Positions 38,884 to 52,900 of a stretch of DNA of 64,000 bases are shown piece by piece; within the stretch, counting starts at the first letter, position 1, and every line of letters begins with the position of its first letter. The stretch is from Octopus vulgaris. Its lineage: Eukaryota. A model generated the notes under the pieces. The model ran no database searches and was not told the origin of the DNA. It saw only the letters and a program-made list of their open reading frames with translations. The position numbers and the translations under genes were made by a program. The stretch is from NCBI GenBank assembly GCA_951406725.2, contig OX597831.1, positions 49,662,001 through 49,726,000 on the forward strand, written 5' to 3'.

Positions 38884-39857
38884 ATGGATAAACAGATAGA
38901 TAAATAGATAGACAGGCAGATAGATAGATAGGTAGATAGGTAGATAGATGGACAGATAAACAGATGTTCAGGTAAACAGTTATACACACGCACACAAGCG
39001 TCTCCATATGTAAGTATATAGATCAAAATTTATATTTATGTGCCTTAAAATGCATAGTTAATTTGAGGTACGAAATGATCTGTAGATACGAGAAAATGAG
39101 TTTATTTGTCCATTATATATATGAAATAGGGGAGAACATCGTCGTTGAAACATGAGCATCCAGCGAGTCAGTCACTGTTTAAAAATGTATATCTTAAAAA
39201 GTATTTATAAATTTAGGCGTCGAGCTGGTAGAGTCGGTAGTACGCTGGGCAGAATACTTAGCGGCACTTGATCCGTTTTTACGTTATGAGTACAAATTTC
39301 GCAATGGTCGACTTTGCTTTTCATCCTTTTGGAGTCGATAAAATAAGTACCAGTGATACACTGGGTTGGATGCATAAACACATACATGCACGCCTATATG
39401 TATCACTTTGTATGTGCGCGCGCTCGTGTATGTTTTTTTTTACTCTGAAATAATATTTTTGTACTATTAAAGTGAAATATAACACCTGTTTAAATTGATT
39501 AAGTGACCGCTGATTCATTTCCAGCAGTATGGAGTATTTTTATTGACTCGTCCACATAACTGATAGCAGTTATGCTTGTTAGTTACACCTAATTATTTTA
39601 TGTATTGTCACTCTATAATGATATTACATCAGCAAAAATGCATGGACAAGTAACACTGCATTTTATAGAAATCACAACCAATAAATAAGAATGAGATCGA
39701 ACAAATATAAGCTGAATAACTCTAATTACAATTTTCTCCTCAGATGAAAGGAACTGTGCTTTAGCTAATAGCAAATATAAACACCAAGCGTAAGAACTTA
39801 TGGAATTAATTAAAATTTTCAAGTAAAGTATCTCAATGAAATATCACGCTAGAAAAC

Positions 39858-40074
39858 ATTTGGTTTTAAATTTTGGTACAAGGCCAATAATGTTGAGGGT
39901 GGGAGAAAGTCGATAACATCAAATCCGGTGCTCAGCTGATATTTACTTCATCGACCTAGAAAGTATGAAAAGCATAGTCAACCCCGACGGAATTTGAACT
40001 CGGAACGTAAACGGACGAGATACTGCCAAGCATTTTGCCCAGCGTGCTAACAATTCTGCCAGCTTACCGCCTTA
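39858..40074 (-). mobile_element. tRNA-derived SINE (49694 family)
   Basis: Reverse of GGCGGT.AGCTGGCAGAAT.GTTAGCACG..GAGTTCAAATTCCG; other copies at 8770, 39216, 47027, 53325 (-), 56327, 56984 and 63327 (-). Confidence 0.8.
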
Positions 40075-40385
40075 TAGTTGGCAGATATTGAAGTGACGAT
40101 AAAATGCGCAAAAGTTTAATTGACAGATCATAAAAACAACTTATTTTGCAGACAGCGTAGGTGAAAAATCACATACTGTATTGGTATGCAAAGTAGGCAT
40201 TTGCAGTTAATTGCAAAATAGCTCCTTTAATTGAAAGAGATGACTGATCTACCAGCAATTGTCCAATGAAATTCTAATCATGAAATGGACTGATGTCAAT
40301 TATAATCCATCACCGTCTATGCAAATTTCCAGACTAACTTACTATCTAATTCTGCAAGCATACAGTAAAATTTAACATCCACAAA

Positions 40386-40546
<161 letters not shown>

Positions 40547-40553
40547 GTACATG

Positions 40554-40592
<39 letters not shown>

Positions 40593-41455
40593 ATTTGGGC
40601 ATAAATCATCGGAAGCTTATTGAATACCGTTGATGACGAATTTTTGATTTATTAAATTATCTCTCGCAGACACAGATTGTAAAAAATATATTGAAAATTA
40701 CTTGTAATTCTGTATAAGAAGTAGGGACAATTTCCAAAAATTCAGTTTTATCAGTTTGAATATTCGTATGTCGAAAGAGAGGAGACTATGATCTTCATTC
40801 CCGAGACGTGGGACCGCATCGGACGCGTTTCGGACTCTTAGTAGACAGATAATGTTACATACAAAAGTCGTTCAGTGAAGATGAAGATAGTGAAGAAGTA
40901 TTTGAACAATTGAAACAAAGGAGCCAAGAAATAAAGTTAAATGTGACTGTGACATAGATTTTGTTTACTAAACCAGCATTGGGGGCGACATGTGCGATGA
41001 TTTATGTTGTTAAGGAGCTGTGTAACCCTGAATAAATTAATGTCTTCTTGAATTTCCTCGTGACAGAGTAGCCAGAAACAATGTGGGTACCTTAGGTGTA
41101 TATATATATATATATATGTGTGTGTTTATGTGTGTGTATGTGTATGTGTTTGTGTGTGTGTGTTTGTGCTTGACGCTCACACCGCATGACAACCGATTTT
41201 GGTTTGTTTATGACCTTATAACTTAGCAGTTCGGCAATAGTTGTTGATAGAATAAGTACCAAACAAAAAATTAATAAGTACTGGGATTGACTAAACCCTT
41301 CAAGGCGCTGCATCAGCATGACCTCATTTCAGTTAGTGAAAGAAGTAAAATGATAAAAGAAGGAAAGCAAACGTCTAGTTATAATTATTAGAAACTCTGA
41401 ACGAGAAAGAGAGATAATTTCAAAAAACAAAAACTTTCACTGTTGACATAATACG

Positions 41456-41759
41456 ATTTGTTTCCTTCTCGAGCCATGTCTGGTTCATAAGCGTCGGTTT
41501 CCCGGTTTCCTTGTCGTATAGGTTCCCCACCTGGTTGGGACGCCGGTCTTTCGCAGGTGAGCTGCTAGATGCAGGAGGAAAGAGTGGGAGAAAGTTGTGG
41601 CGAAAGAGTCAGCAGAAGTTCGCCATTACCTTCTGCCGGAGCCGTGTGGAGCCTAAGTGTTTCGCTCATAAACACACGTAACGCCTTGTCTGAGATTCGA
41701 ACCCGCGATCCCTCGACCGCGAGTCCCCTGCTGTAACCACTAGGTTATGTGCCTCTACA
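41456..41759 (-). mobile_element. tRNA-derived SINE (15537-type head, 46437-type tail)
   Basis: Head reverse at 41690-41759; tail contains GGCGTCCCAACCAGG..GAAACCGGGAAACCG on the minus strand. Confidence 0.8.
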
Positions 41760-42104
41760 CACATAGTATGATTACAAAAGAATAATAACATCTTTGTTAT
41801 GAAGTTGAAGAAGAGCTATGGATGTATTTTGGTACCAGTTTGTCATCCTGAGCCTAGATGAGGTCTCCTCTCCGACCACTACCTGAAGTTAGAAACATAA
41901 AACCAAAGTCGCTACGATGAATCTTTATATAACTATTTAACCAGGAGAAATTAGCTCTAAAGTCCCAAGAGAAAGAAGATGGTGTTAAACTTGATAATAG
42001 ATTAGGCTCCCTCTAGGGGAATTTCACTCTCTAAATTTGCCAGAAAACGCTTGCGTAAGGTGCCACGCAATGGAATTGAATTCGAAATGAATTGTGAAGG
42101 TAAC

Positions 42105-42388
42105 CTTACCAATCACTTGGTTCCGGCTTCAGTCCCACTGCGTGGAACCTTGGACAAGGGTCTTCTACTATAGCCTCGGGCCAACCTTGTGAGTGGAAAC
42201 TGAAAGAAGCCCGTCGTCAGTCGCCATGATAGATCGTTAGCCACTACACACATATTTTTCTCTCCTTGTTTTTTCTGTGTCCCTTTCGAAACGTAAAAAA
42301 CTTTTTCTATTCCTGAGCGTTATGCTAATACATCTGTTTGTTTTGTATACCACCTGTCTTCGTCTTTTGTTTTTTTCGTGAACTCTCC

Positions 42389-42420
<32 letters not shown>

Positions 42421-42626
42421 GTTTGTGTGTCTGTATTTGTCCCACCACCATCGCTTGACAACTGATGCTGGTGTGTTTACGTCCCGATAAATTAGCGGTT
42501 CGACAAAAGAAACCGATGTAATAAGTAGCAGGCTTACAAAAAATAGATACTGGTGTCGATCTGTTCGACTTAAGGTGGTGCTCTAGCATGGCTGCAGTCA
42601 AACTATTGAAACGTGTAAAAGAGTAA
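42105..42626 (+). mobile_element. microsatellite-containing SINE with ~175-bp insert at its internal (TA)n
   Basis: After CCCGTCGT, the 42218-42392 insert carries CGAAACGTAAAA and TTCCTGAGCGT, as in the 31650/45900 family. Confidence 0.75.
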
Positions 42627-43456
42627 GACGGACTTAAAATGCCATACACACGCCTCTTGGACGTTACATTTCCCCAAAGTCTGAAAATAAATTTCAACAA
42701 GTTCTATAAATCAAATGACTATGCTGCAACGAGATCGTTAATACATCTCCTGTGTGCGGAGACACAACCCAACACCAGTTTTACCACCCTATGAGTGTAT
42801 GCTTGATTTGCTTCCTAGTTAAATTATAATAGACGGTCGGGTTGATTAATACCAGAAAATCTTCAGATTGCTTACAAAATTATAAACTATAGGTGTATTT
42901 TGTTTCGCCATGTACCACAAATGTCATGTAATTATTCATCAAAGTAGTATAACCACGTTGCTTTGTGGAAAGATTTGGGAAATGGTTATATTACTTTTTT
43001 GGGGCAGGTCAAGAACGAAGCGGATTCAAGTGTTGGTGCTCTCTTTACCATGCCATTAATCCAGATTACGCTGGCTATTAGACGTGACTATATAATTAAC
43101 ATTTAATAGTTAATGCGGATCTTTTCTCGAAACAAGAAACTAATCGAACGTTTTATGGTGATTACGCTACGAGCATCCTTTTGGATTGTAAGAACTGGAA
43201 AAGAGTGACGTAACTAACAACAAGGATAACGAACAATTTGTGTAGATGCTGACCTGACGACTCTCAGATTTATTGCCAACCGGATATACAGAATTATGAA
43301 AAAGTTGCATTTTTGGATCAAACATCTCTGCACGTAAACACTTTTTCTTACGACAAATTTCTGAGTTAATCTTTATCCTTGTAATCCTTGTAATCTTGGT
43401 CCTTGTAATCATTGACACCATATTTATTTCTAGTTAAATTTTAAATTTTCCGTCCA

Positions 43457-43590
43457 TGTGGTAAGTAGCTTGCTTACCAACCACATGGGTTCCGGGTTCG
43501 TTCCCACTATGTGGCACCTTCTACTATAGCCTCGGGCCGACCAAAGCCTTGTGAGTGGATTTGGTAGACGGAAACTGAAAGAAGCCCGTC

Positions 43591-43634
<44 letters not shown>

Positions 43635-43846
43635 GTGTGTGTGTGTATGTGTATATGTTTGTGTGTCTGTGTTTGTACCCCCAACATCGCTGGTGTGTTT
43701 ACGTCCCCGTAACTTAGCGGCTCGGCAAAAGAGACCGATAGAATAAGTACTAGGCTTACAACAATTAAGTCCTAGGGGCGATTTGCTGGACTAAAGGCGG
43801 TGCTCCAGTATGGCTACAGTCAAATGACTGAAACAAGTAAAAGAGT
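43457..43846 (+). mobile_element. microsatellite-containing SINE
   Basis: Matches the 58345 family. Confidence 0.88.
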
Positions 43847-44013
43847 ATTCGTATTTTCTTTTATCCCCACAGATGCAATTTCGAAAAGATTTCACTATTT
43901 CGGGACAATTCTAATTTCCTTTCCCAACTACACCGTAGGGTATAACATTGTACAAGGCTGTACAGTTATAACAAAATCGTTCTTCATGACTTCAGCAAGT
44001 CCGATAGGACCAT

Positions 44014-44060
44014 GTATCGCTGATGAGTTCCGGTTAATAACAAAACATATGTAGAGATGC
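44014..44060 (+). ncRNA. degenerate hammerhead
   Basis: GTATCG-CTGATGA-GTT..AAC-AAAAC-ATAT-GTA-GAGATGC; G12A and an imperfect stem I. Confidence 0.5.
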
Positions 44061-44625
44061 GACCTGTGCTTCAGCAGAAAATTTTAAATTACTGATATTT
44101 TTGTCCTGATATTCTCACAGAATAATTAAATTCTAATGGTGCAAGTGTTTATATAATATCCCTGAAATACCTGTTGTTTTTAAGCAGTTATCATCACTAA
44201 ATTCTGTAATTCCGTTTTTGATTTTTTTCCTCGACGAAACGAACCATATTGTACATTTTCTAAGCAAATATTTCATAATTCCGGTAAGCAAGGTCATGAC
44301 TATCTTTTACGTATTTTTCATTGGCTATCATCCTACCACGCAAAGTACGTTATTTATTGTTTTCTTTTAAATAATACATCCATTGAATACGCTGGCAGGA
44401 AATGATGTAAATCATTATATTAATAGTTCCTGGCAGTGTTAGTAATGAGAACCGTTACGGCTCGATAACCTCCATAAATATTCCACAGAAATAGCATCAG
44501 CACCATCATAACACCAACCACCACCGCTGCAACAATATTCACCACCAACACCTCTGCCGCCGTCGTCAACAGGATCATCAACAGGAACAATATGAAAAAC
44601 ACACACACACACAAACACACACACA

Positions 44626-44672
<47 letters not shown>

Positions 44673-45033
44673 ACACAAATATATATAATCTTGGATACAT
44701 ATTTGCACACACACACACACATATATAGTGCCTGCGTTTTTTACAGGTGTATGTATATATTAATGTGAATTTGTGTATATACGTGTACGCGGACGTGTAT
44801 TTATACGGGTATATGCATACATATATGTATATGTGTGTGTGTATGTGTATATGTATGTGCGTGTATATGTTTATTTATGTGTATACGCTAGTGTATTAAC
44901 ACGTGTGCGTGTGTCAAACTTTGTACAGACGTCTGTGTCTCGCTTTACGTACGAATATATACACATATTTATTTACGCTATGTGCATATATTTTTGTATA
45001 CATACGCGTGTGCACCTGTATATATGAGTTCTT

Positions 45034-45066
<33 letters not shown>

Positions 45067-45172
45067 CACCTGTATATGTATGTATTCGTCCATACGTGTG
45101 CATATGTATCTAGTTGTATGTATATACCTATATACTTGGATGTGCGTGTGTGAGAGCGTATGTATAAGTGCG

Positions 45173-45203
<31 letters not shown>

Positions 45204-45494
45204 GTGTGTGTGTGTATGTGTGTGCGTCTAAGCACAAATACAAAATTAATTTCGTCTTATTATTTTCCTTTCAACTTCTACTTCCTTTTCTTTTTCTTAA
45301 CAGTTACAACAGCGATGGTTCATTACGTCATTTTCTCTAACTAGAATGTATAATTTTCACTTTTATATTTCAATCTTTCATGCTTCAATTTTTCTCTGCT
45401 TTTTCTCATTCCCAAAGTTGATGGACATATAGCGGTACGTAAAACCAAATAAAAACATCTCTAGTGAGACTTCTTATTTTTTAAAATTTATATA

Positions 45495-45538
45495 TGTATC
45501 CGAAGAGACACAGAACGGGTCAAAACATGTGTCGTACA
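45495..45538 (+). ncRNA. degenerate hammerhead
   Basis: TGTAT-CCGAAGA-GAC..GTC-AAAAC-ATGT-GTC-GTACA; all three stems form but the core has U4C and G12A. Confidence 0.55.
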
Positions 45539-45840
45539 AAATAAAAGCTTTTACTCATTCCATCAGTTTATTTTATTAATACTGTTACCTCACCCGCTAC
45601 TACGAAGTTCCTACAATAAATCTACGGATAACAACAGGTAATATAATCTGTGCCGGTGCTTTACTCATCACTTACTTATACATTTTGTATAATTTCTCCA
45701 TTATAATATTTTTATAATAATATAATTATAATATATTATATATATATATATATAATATTTATATATATATATATATAACAAACTATAGAGACGGAAAATG
45801 AAACATACTCAACACTTAAATATAATCATATATATATAAA

Positions 45841-45887
<47 letters not shown>

Positions 45888-45933
45888 TGCATGTAAGCAC
45901 GTCTTCCCTTCAGTGGATCTTTCCTTTTTCTAC

Positions 45934-45968
45934 GTTTCTGACGAAGAGCTCCGCTCGAAACGTTAAAT
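45934..45968 (+). ncRNA. minimal hammerhead ribozyme (dimer-type)
   Basis: GTTT-CTGACGA-A-GAGC-TCC-GCTC-GAAAC-GTT-AAAT; loopless palindromic stem III (AACGTT); lies in element 45900-46056 ending at (TA)n. Confidence 0.78.
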
Positions 45969-46436
45969 CCTCCTTTCATTCCTTTCCTGAGCGTCCAATA
46001 GCACTATACTTGTTCCACGTCCTCGCGTTGTTGTGTTTTCCTGTTTGGATTAACTATATATATATATATATATACGTGAATATATGCGTACATATATACA
46101 TACGATTAACTATATATGTATATATATACGTGAATATATGCGTACATATATACATACGTACATATGTGTGGATGCGCGCGCGGATGTTTGTATTTTTATT
46201 TATTTATCGATTTAAAGCTAATTTCTTTGAAATTGCTTTTAAGGAATCGGATAAATTAAAAGAAAATATTTTAAATAAAATTTTAAATATCGGAAAAAGA
46301 TTGAATTTTTATTAATATCAAATAGGACAAAACTGCACAAACAACAACTAAAACATAAAACTAAATATACTTGCGAAAAAAACATGAACGAACAACAATA
46401 ATTCGTTCAATATTAAAGATCTACCTATGACGGTAA

Positions 46437-47006
46437 GCGTGGAGGCTAAGTGGTTAGGGTGTCAGCACCATGATCGTAAGATTGTGGTTTCGATTCCAGG
46501 ACCGGGCGATGCGTCGTGTTCTTGAACAAATCACTTCATTTCACGTTGCTCCAGTTCACTCAGCTGGCAAAAATGAGTAACGCTGCGATGGACTGGCGTC
46601 CCGTCCAGCCGGGGAACACATACGCCATAGAAACCGGGAAACCGGGCCCATGCGCCTGGCTAGACTTTAAAAGGGTGCATTTATTTAGTGTGGAGGCGCC
46701 ATGGCCCAGTTGTTAGTGCAGCGGACTCGCGGTCGGCGGATCGCAGTTTCGATTCCCAGACCGAGCGTTGTGTGTGTTTATTGAGCGAAAACACCTGAAA
46801 GCTCCACGATGCTCCGGCAGGGGCTGGTGGTGACCCTTGTTGTACTCTTTCGCCACAACTTTCTCTCACTCTCTCTTCCTGTTTCTTGAGTTACGCTGCG
46901 ATGGACTGGCGTCCCATCCAGCTGCGGGGGGGGGGGGGACATATACGCCACAGAAACTGAGAAACCGGGTCCATGAGCCTAGCTAGGCTTGAAAAGGGCG
47001 ACGTTT
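46437..47006 (+). mobile_element. two adjacent SINEs with different heads and the same tail
   Basis: 46437-46686 (37796-type head) and 46690-47006 (15537-type head) both end ACGCTGCGATGGACTGGCGTCCC.TCCAGC..GAAACCGGG.CCATG.GCCT.GCTAG.CTT.AAAAGGG. Confidence 0.85.
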
Positions 47007-47424
47007 ATCGTCATTTTAAGACCGTAAGCTAACAGAACAGTTAGCACACCAGTAAAATTGTTTGCAGCACTTCGTCCGTTTTCACGTTCGGAAGCTGACT
47101 TTGCCTTTTATCCTGTAGCACACAATAAAATAATGACCAGCTGAGCCCTGGGGTGGGGTCGACGTAATCGACTTACCTCCTATTGTAATATTTGGTATTT
47201 GTCTTTTACTTGTTTCAGTGATTAAACTGCGGCTATGCTGGGTCACCGAGCTGGAATTTTTAGTTGAATGAATCGACCCCATTACCTATTCTATTTTTTT
47301 TTTAAGCTTGGAATTTATTCTATCTGGTCCCTTTGCCGAACCGCTAGCTTACGGGGAAGTAAACACACCAACACAGGTTTCAAGTGGTAATGGGGTGGGG
47401 ACAAATACAGACACAAAGGCACAC

Positions 47425-47500
<76 letters not shown>

Positions 47501-47821
47501 ACATATATACGACGGGCTTCTTTCAGTTTCCACCTACTAAATCTACTCACAATGTGCCACGCAGTGGGACTGAACCCGAAACCATGTGGTTGGAAAACAA
47601 GTTTTTTACCACACAGCCACTCCTGTTTTCCAAAGCAACATTCTGGAAAACAATAAATATATTTTACTGATGGTATAATTCAATAGATAAAGTGGATTTC
47701 GTGACGATATCTGAACCTCAGCTTTTATACCCTTGATCGTTAAAGCATCTTGTTGGATAAGTCATTAAGAATAAAGTTTGAGATCCCACTCAAATCAATA
47801 TGATATATGTATATTATATAT

Positions 47822-48282
47822 ACAAAAATTCTATAATTATGAGTATAATTATAATTAGATTTCAGCAAAATTTGCTTCACTACATACCGAAATTTAGAAA
47901 TAGTAGTTAAAAAACTACTATTCTACTACTATAAGGTATCTCCCAGACAGCAATACTCAACGCATTTCGGAGTTAGAGAGATGTGAAAAATGTAAAATCA
48001 TATTTCTACCTACTCACTCTCCTTATCAGTACAGTAATTCAAATTTTAAAATTGAGAGCACTGATAATTAACATACGTATTTGATCAAGTGACATCAAAC
48101 AGCATATCTCCAAAGACCAGTACTTCCGAATTCAAACGGACGAATGAGATATCGCATTCCTCTTCATTCAGCCACGTGTGCCATCGAGTAAAGTTCCGCA
48201 GAAACTGCAGTTTACTACCAGGGAGATAATTATATTATCAATAATAATAAAGGGTAAAATTAATTAATTAATTAATAAATAC

Positions 48283-48290
<8 letters not shown>
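47822..48290 (-). mobile_element. divergent relative of the ~560-bp hammerhead family
   Basis: Same block order as the 29351 unit (CATACCGAA..TTAGAAATAG; hammerhead remnant 47955-48033; GGGAGATAATTAT..AGGGTAAAATTAATT). Confidence 0.7.
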
Positions 48291-48321
<31 letters not shown>

Positions 48322-48489
48322 TATATATATATAAATGGAGTTTAACGCAAGTGTTATTCAAATTCTTTTACTTCCGACACATGTTTCGAAGATATCACTG
48401 ATATTATTCCATAATTACTTGTGTGATTTTTTGGTACCCTGGTAACTATTTATCTACTTTTCCGTGTTAATTGTTAACAGGGAGAAAAT

Positions 48490-48587
<98 letters not shown>

Positions 48588-49299
48588 ATATCAGAAAAGT
48601 GTTGACGCAGGTAAAATGATGGTTATCTTTTGCACTAAATTAGCTTACAGCTGTTTCTACTATAAGATGCAGTAGACTGATAGTTGAGTGCCTGAAAAAC
48701 TCTCTGCAGCTTGATCGAAGCTTTGAATAAGGAAGTGCAATTTACACTTTCTTCTGAAACGTACGTATATTGAGTTCTACACCAATTTACTAGTCACGCA
48801 CTGCTTCAACGAAATGTATGTATGTATCTAGAAGAAAAAAAAGAATGTTACTTCCACACAAATAAGAAAATAGGAAATTGGCTTTGTAGCTGGAAATACA
48901 CATGGGTTTTAAAACGAATAGTAATTTAAAAAAAATATTTTTAACATTTATTAAAATATCACACCAATTTCAACAATAGTTTAAAAAAATTTTTTAATGG
49001 TAGTTACAAAATAAGAAACGACGTAAAAGTTAAAAATGAATACACAAAATAGAATAAAATTCCGAAAGCGTTAGGCAGTTTAAAATATTAAACGTTCACT
49101 AGATTTCATAGTGAAATTCCTTGTTTCCCTAATTTCAAATTTCAATTTCAATTTTTATAGAAAATTCAAGTATTCAATAATTTGTACAGCAATAGTAAAT
49201 GATGAAAATTTCAATTGCTCCATAAATTGCTTCGTAGTAACACATGATAGAAATTGGTTTCCTAGCAATACGTTACGTTGGCAATTAGATATGGTGAAG

Positions 49300-49910
49300 A
49301 TGGCGGCGGGGCGAAATGCGTAGCCGTACTTCGTCTGCAGTTACGTTCTGAGTTCAAATTCCGCCGAGGTCGACTATGCCTTTCATCCTTTGGGGGTCGA
49401 TTAAATAAGTACCATTTATGCATTATGGTCGATATAATCGACTTAATCCGTGTGTCTGTCCTTGTTTGTCCTCTCTGTGTTTAGCCCTTTTGTGGGTAGT
49501 AGAGAAATAGGTATTTCGTCTGCCGCTACATTCTGAGTTCAAATTCCACCGAGGTCGACTTTGCCTTTCATCCTTTCGGTGTCGATAAACTAAGTACCAG
49601 TTACGTACTAGGGTCGATGTAATCGACTGACCCCCTCCCCCAAAAATTTCGGGCCTTATGCCTATAGTAGCAACGAATTAGATGTGATGAAGGAGGCGGT
49701 GAGCTGGCAGAATCGTTAGCACGCTTGACGAAATGTTTAGCAGTATATCGCCCGTCGCTCCGTTCGGAGTTCAAATTCCGCCGCGGTCGACTTTGCCTTT
49801 CATCCTTTTGGAGTCGATAGATTAAGTACCAGTTGTGCACTGGGGTCAATCATCTGGACTAACACTCTCCTCTAAAATTTCAGGTCTTGTACCTATAGTA
49901 GAAAGGAATT
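49300..49910 (+). mobile_element. composite dimeric SINE followed by a monomeric SINE (Meta/MESC-like core suspected)
   Basis: Three GAGTTCAAATTCC.CCG.GGTCGACT.TGCCTTTCATCCTTT..GTCGAT..TAAGTACCA cores; tRNA-like head GGCGGTGAGCTGGCAGAATCGTTAGCACG at 49694. Confidence 0.85.
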
Positions 49911-52900
49911 AGATGTGAAGATTTAAAAAAAAAAAAAGAAAAAGATGCTTGTGTAAGCTTTGTTGTGTTGTGGAAAGGTGAATTATTCGTCGTTTGCGGT
50001 ACTCAAAGAATTTGAACCGTTCGAGCCGTTCCACCCCTGTCCTATCGTTCGATTCGTACGTCATTTATTTATCAAGTGTTCTGGTCTACTTGTTCTGCAT
50101 TAGTCCAGCGTTCATTTGTGTATCTGATATCACTTTTTTTTTGTTTTCATAATCCTTTATAAGTTATAACAAAAAGATAATATATCATTGGTCAGCCTTA
50201 GGTTGACTTCTGCAAGTAGTCGAAAGCACACAACATTTAGAATTTCGGTTACACTAGCTTTTGATTAACCGCTATTATTTTTCCTGTTTCTTCTTACTTT
50301 TAGTTGAGTCGAATCAATTGTTTGCTCATACTACTATGTTTTTCATAAAGTATTTCATTTTGATTTATATTTCTAAATAGACATATTTTTCTTATCTAAT
50401 CAGAATAGGGGCTGGGGCATTTCCGATACATTGATATAAAGGGAAAATGTGGCATTTGGAATGTTTACATGATGAGCAGAGATCGTGATGTTTCCTCGTG
50501 TAAAAAAGAAAAATGAACACGATGCTATAAAACATACAGCTAACCATGACATTTGGTTATCGTACATAAGTGGTCAGAATGTTACCGCCAGTTTCGCGCC
50601 TGCTATTGCTCTTTGCAATATTAATGGCACTTGGGATGTAGTGGCTCGACACGATTCAACTACAACTAACACCACTGCTTAGAAAATAACTCTTGTTTCC
50701 TGCTCTCGCAAAATGTAAGTTTTCACCGTTTTGTTCCGGTTCTTTTCTTTACCACTGACTCAGCTAAACGTATATACATATATTTGAAAATGGTATGTAT
50801 TTGAACAACACAGATGAAAAAAGGTGTTTGAACAATGATGGAAGAAATGTCAATCTATTGAAATTATTTTATTCTAGAGAAGGTAAAACAACCATCGTTG
50901 GTCAGTTCAGACCAACTCGAAAAGGGAAGAATCTCAACTAAAAGACAGATTTGCAGTTACTACATGTTTTATGATTTTCGCAGATTGAAGAACTGACAGC
51001 AGTTGAAACCGGCAATCCAGAATTTTACTAGTATTTTATTTTATGGATCTCGAAATGGTGAATGTGGAGTTTTGAACTCAGAACAAACCATGTTCTTATC
51101 TGACAGTCTAATGAATGTACAATGTTACTATCATAATATTATTAATAAAATTTACAATTAATGAAAATAATCATACATATGTGAGTATACATAAATACAC
51201 ACATACATATACATACAATGGGCTTCCATATAGCTTTCATCTAATTATACAGTTGAACCCGTGAAAATTCGATTGAATCTAAGGGAACGGTCATCCTCGA
51301 GTCCAATTTATTCAATCTACTTAGATATTTCAGTTGACCAACGTCTTTGAAAACTGCGAGGAAATCTTTCTATAATCATTATTATGTACTCGAATGACGA
51401 TATCCACCATATCCAAAACTATCTGAGCATTTAATAACGACAGACTGTTATGTTGTCTCAAAATTAGCTACTCAGAAGTTCATTATAATACCAATTCTTG
51501 TAACTTTTGTCGATTTAAATACACATTTAAAGCTATAAAAAAGCTGTTATTGCGAAATATGATAAAAATATGAGCATAACCATATTCTTGCTACCTCCAC
51601 AACCACTTCCACCACCACCACCATCACCACATTTTGATAAACATTCATGTATCTTCGTATAAAACCAATTCAATAAAAATGAATATAAACAGCTTGACTT
51701 GAAATCAATTTAAAACTGCAGTTTGAGGTGAATCTTTTCAAATTCTTGAAGTTATCTTTGGATTACAGATACTTTTGATGAGAGTAGGTGGAAGAAAGAC
51801 AGAAGCTACTTTCATGTTAAATGCTATTATCATACCGCTGGAGATTCTATGGAAATATGCGATAACAAGTGTTGGACAATGTACGTCTGTTTGTATACAG
51901 CTGCTATCATTGTGAAATAATAGATAGGAGCCTCATTTAGTGCACGTGGAATTGAAATTACACGATGCCAAATAACCATATAGATAAGAAATCTCGAACA
52001 TGTCAACACCCTATACGAAAGAATGTAGTTTCTCTCTTTCTCTTTCTCTCTATCTCTCTCTATTTTTCAGTTATTTTCTCTGTTTTTCTATTTGTATTTG
52101 TTCAGTTACAATAATTGCTTCAAATATTTCGTTATTAATAAAAATGTGTCATACAAAGGTATTGCGAGCAAGGATGCAATATTCGAAGAATATCATACTA
52201 AAAACTATGGCCGATGAAAGTATTCTTCTTAATAAAAGACAGCTCCACACTATAAATTTATATTAACAATACTGGTACCGACATTTGGTATATATCACTC
52301 AATTGTAGAGAAAACTCATTCTATTTATATTAAAATCTCTGAAATTCAAACGTCAGTTTGACGCTTCCAAGGATATCCTGAGTTTGGCATTGAAACCAAT
52401 TCAGAAAGGCTTTGTATGTCGTATATCATTTGCGAGACATCCTCTGCAAAAAAACAACATTAAAAACAATGCATCAACCGAGTACTCGAACATGAAGAGA
52501 GTAATATCATACCACCACAGACTAAACTACTGTAAAGACATTCAAGTTATCCTACTCTATAATAATTTGATGAATCGAACTCACCGATTATTCGGAACAG
52601 AAACACTTCATATACGATATGCTACTCAGGGACTGTTTGACTATTCAACGATTTATCTCAATATTTGAAAGAGGAACACTTTATGTACAATAAAAGTTTA
52701 TACCAAGGGTATATTTCCGGGAATAATGAGAATAACGCTAACATCGACTTGAAATGTTGCTAAGTTTTGGTAAATGAACACGATGTCACGTTATATTTCG
52801 GCATTTAATATTTCATACTCCGAAAACTAAAGATTTGGGTCTTAGACTTAACACATTTTCCAATTTAACACCATCACCCGGTATATTTTGAATCTTTTAG

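Noticed and set aside
50485-50682. Possible host exon (CNINGTWD resembles a C..NGTW extracellular motif)
   Set aside because: In-frame stops just upstream, no other conserved Cys/Trp and no convincing splice sites; needs BLASTX or RNA-seq.
51250-52800. Possible pogo/Tigger remnant starting TACAGTTGAACCC
   Set aside because: No matching right TIR or readable transposase motif found.
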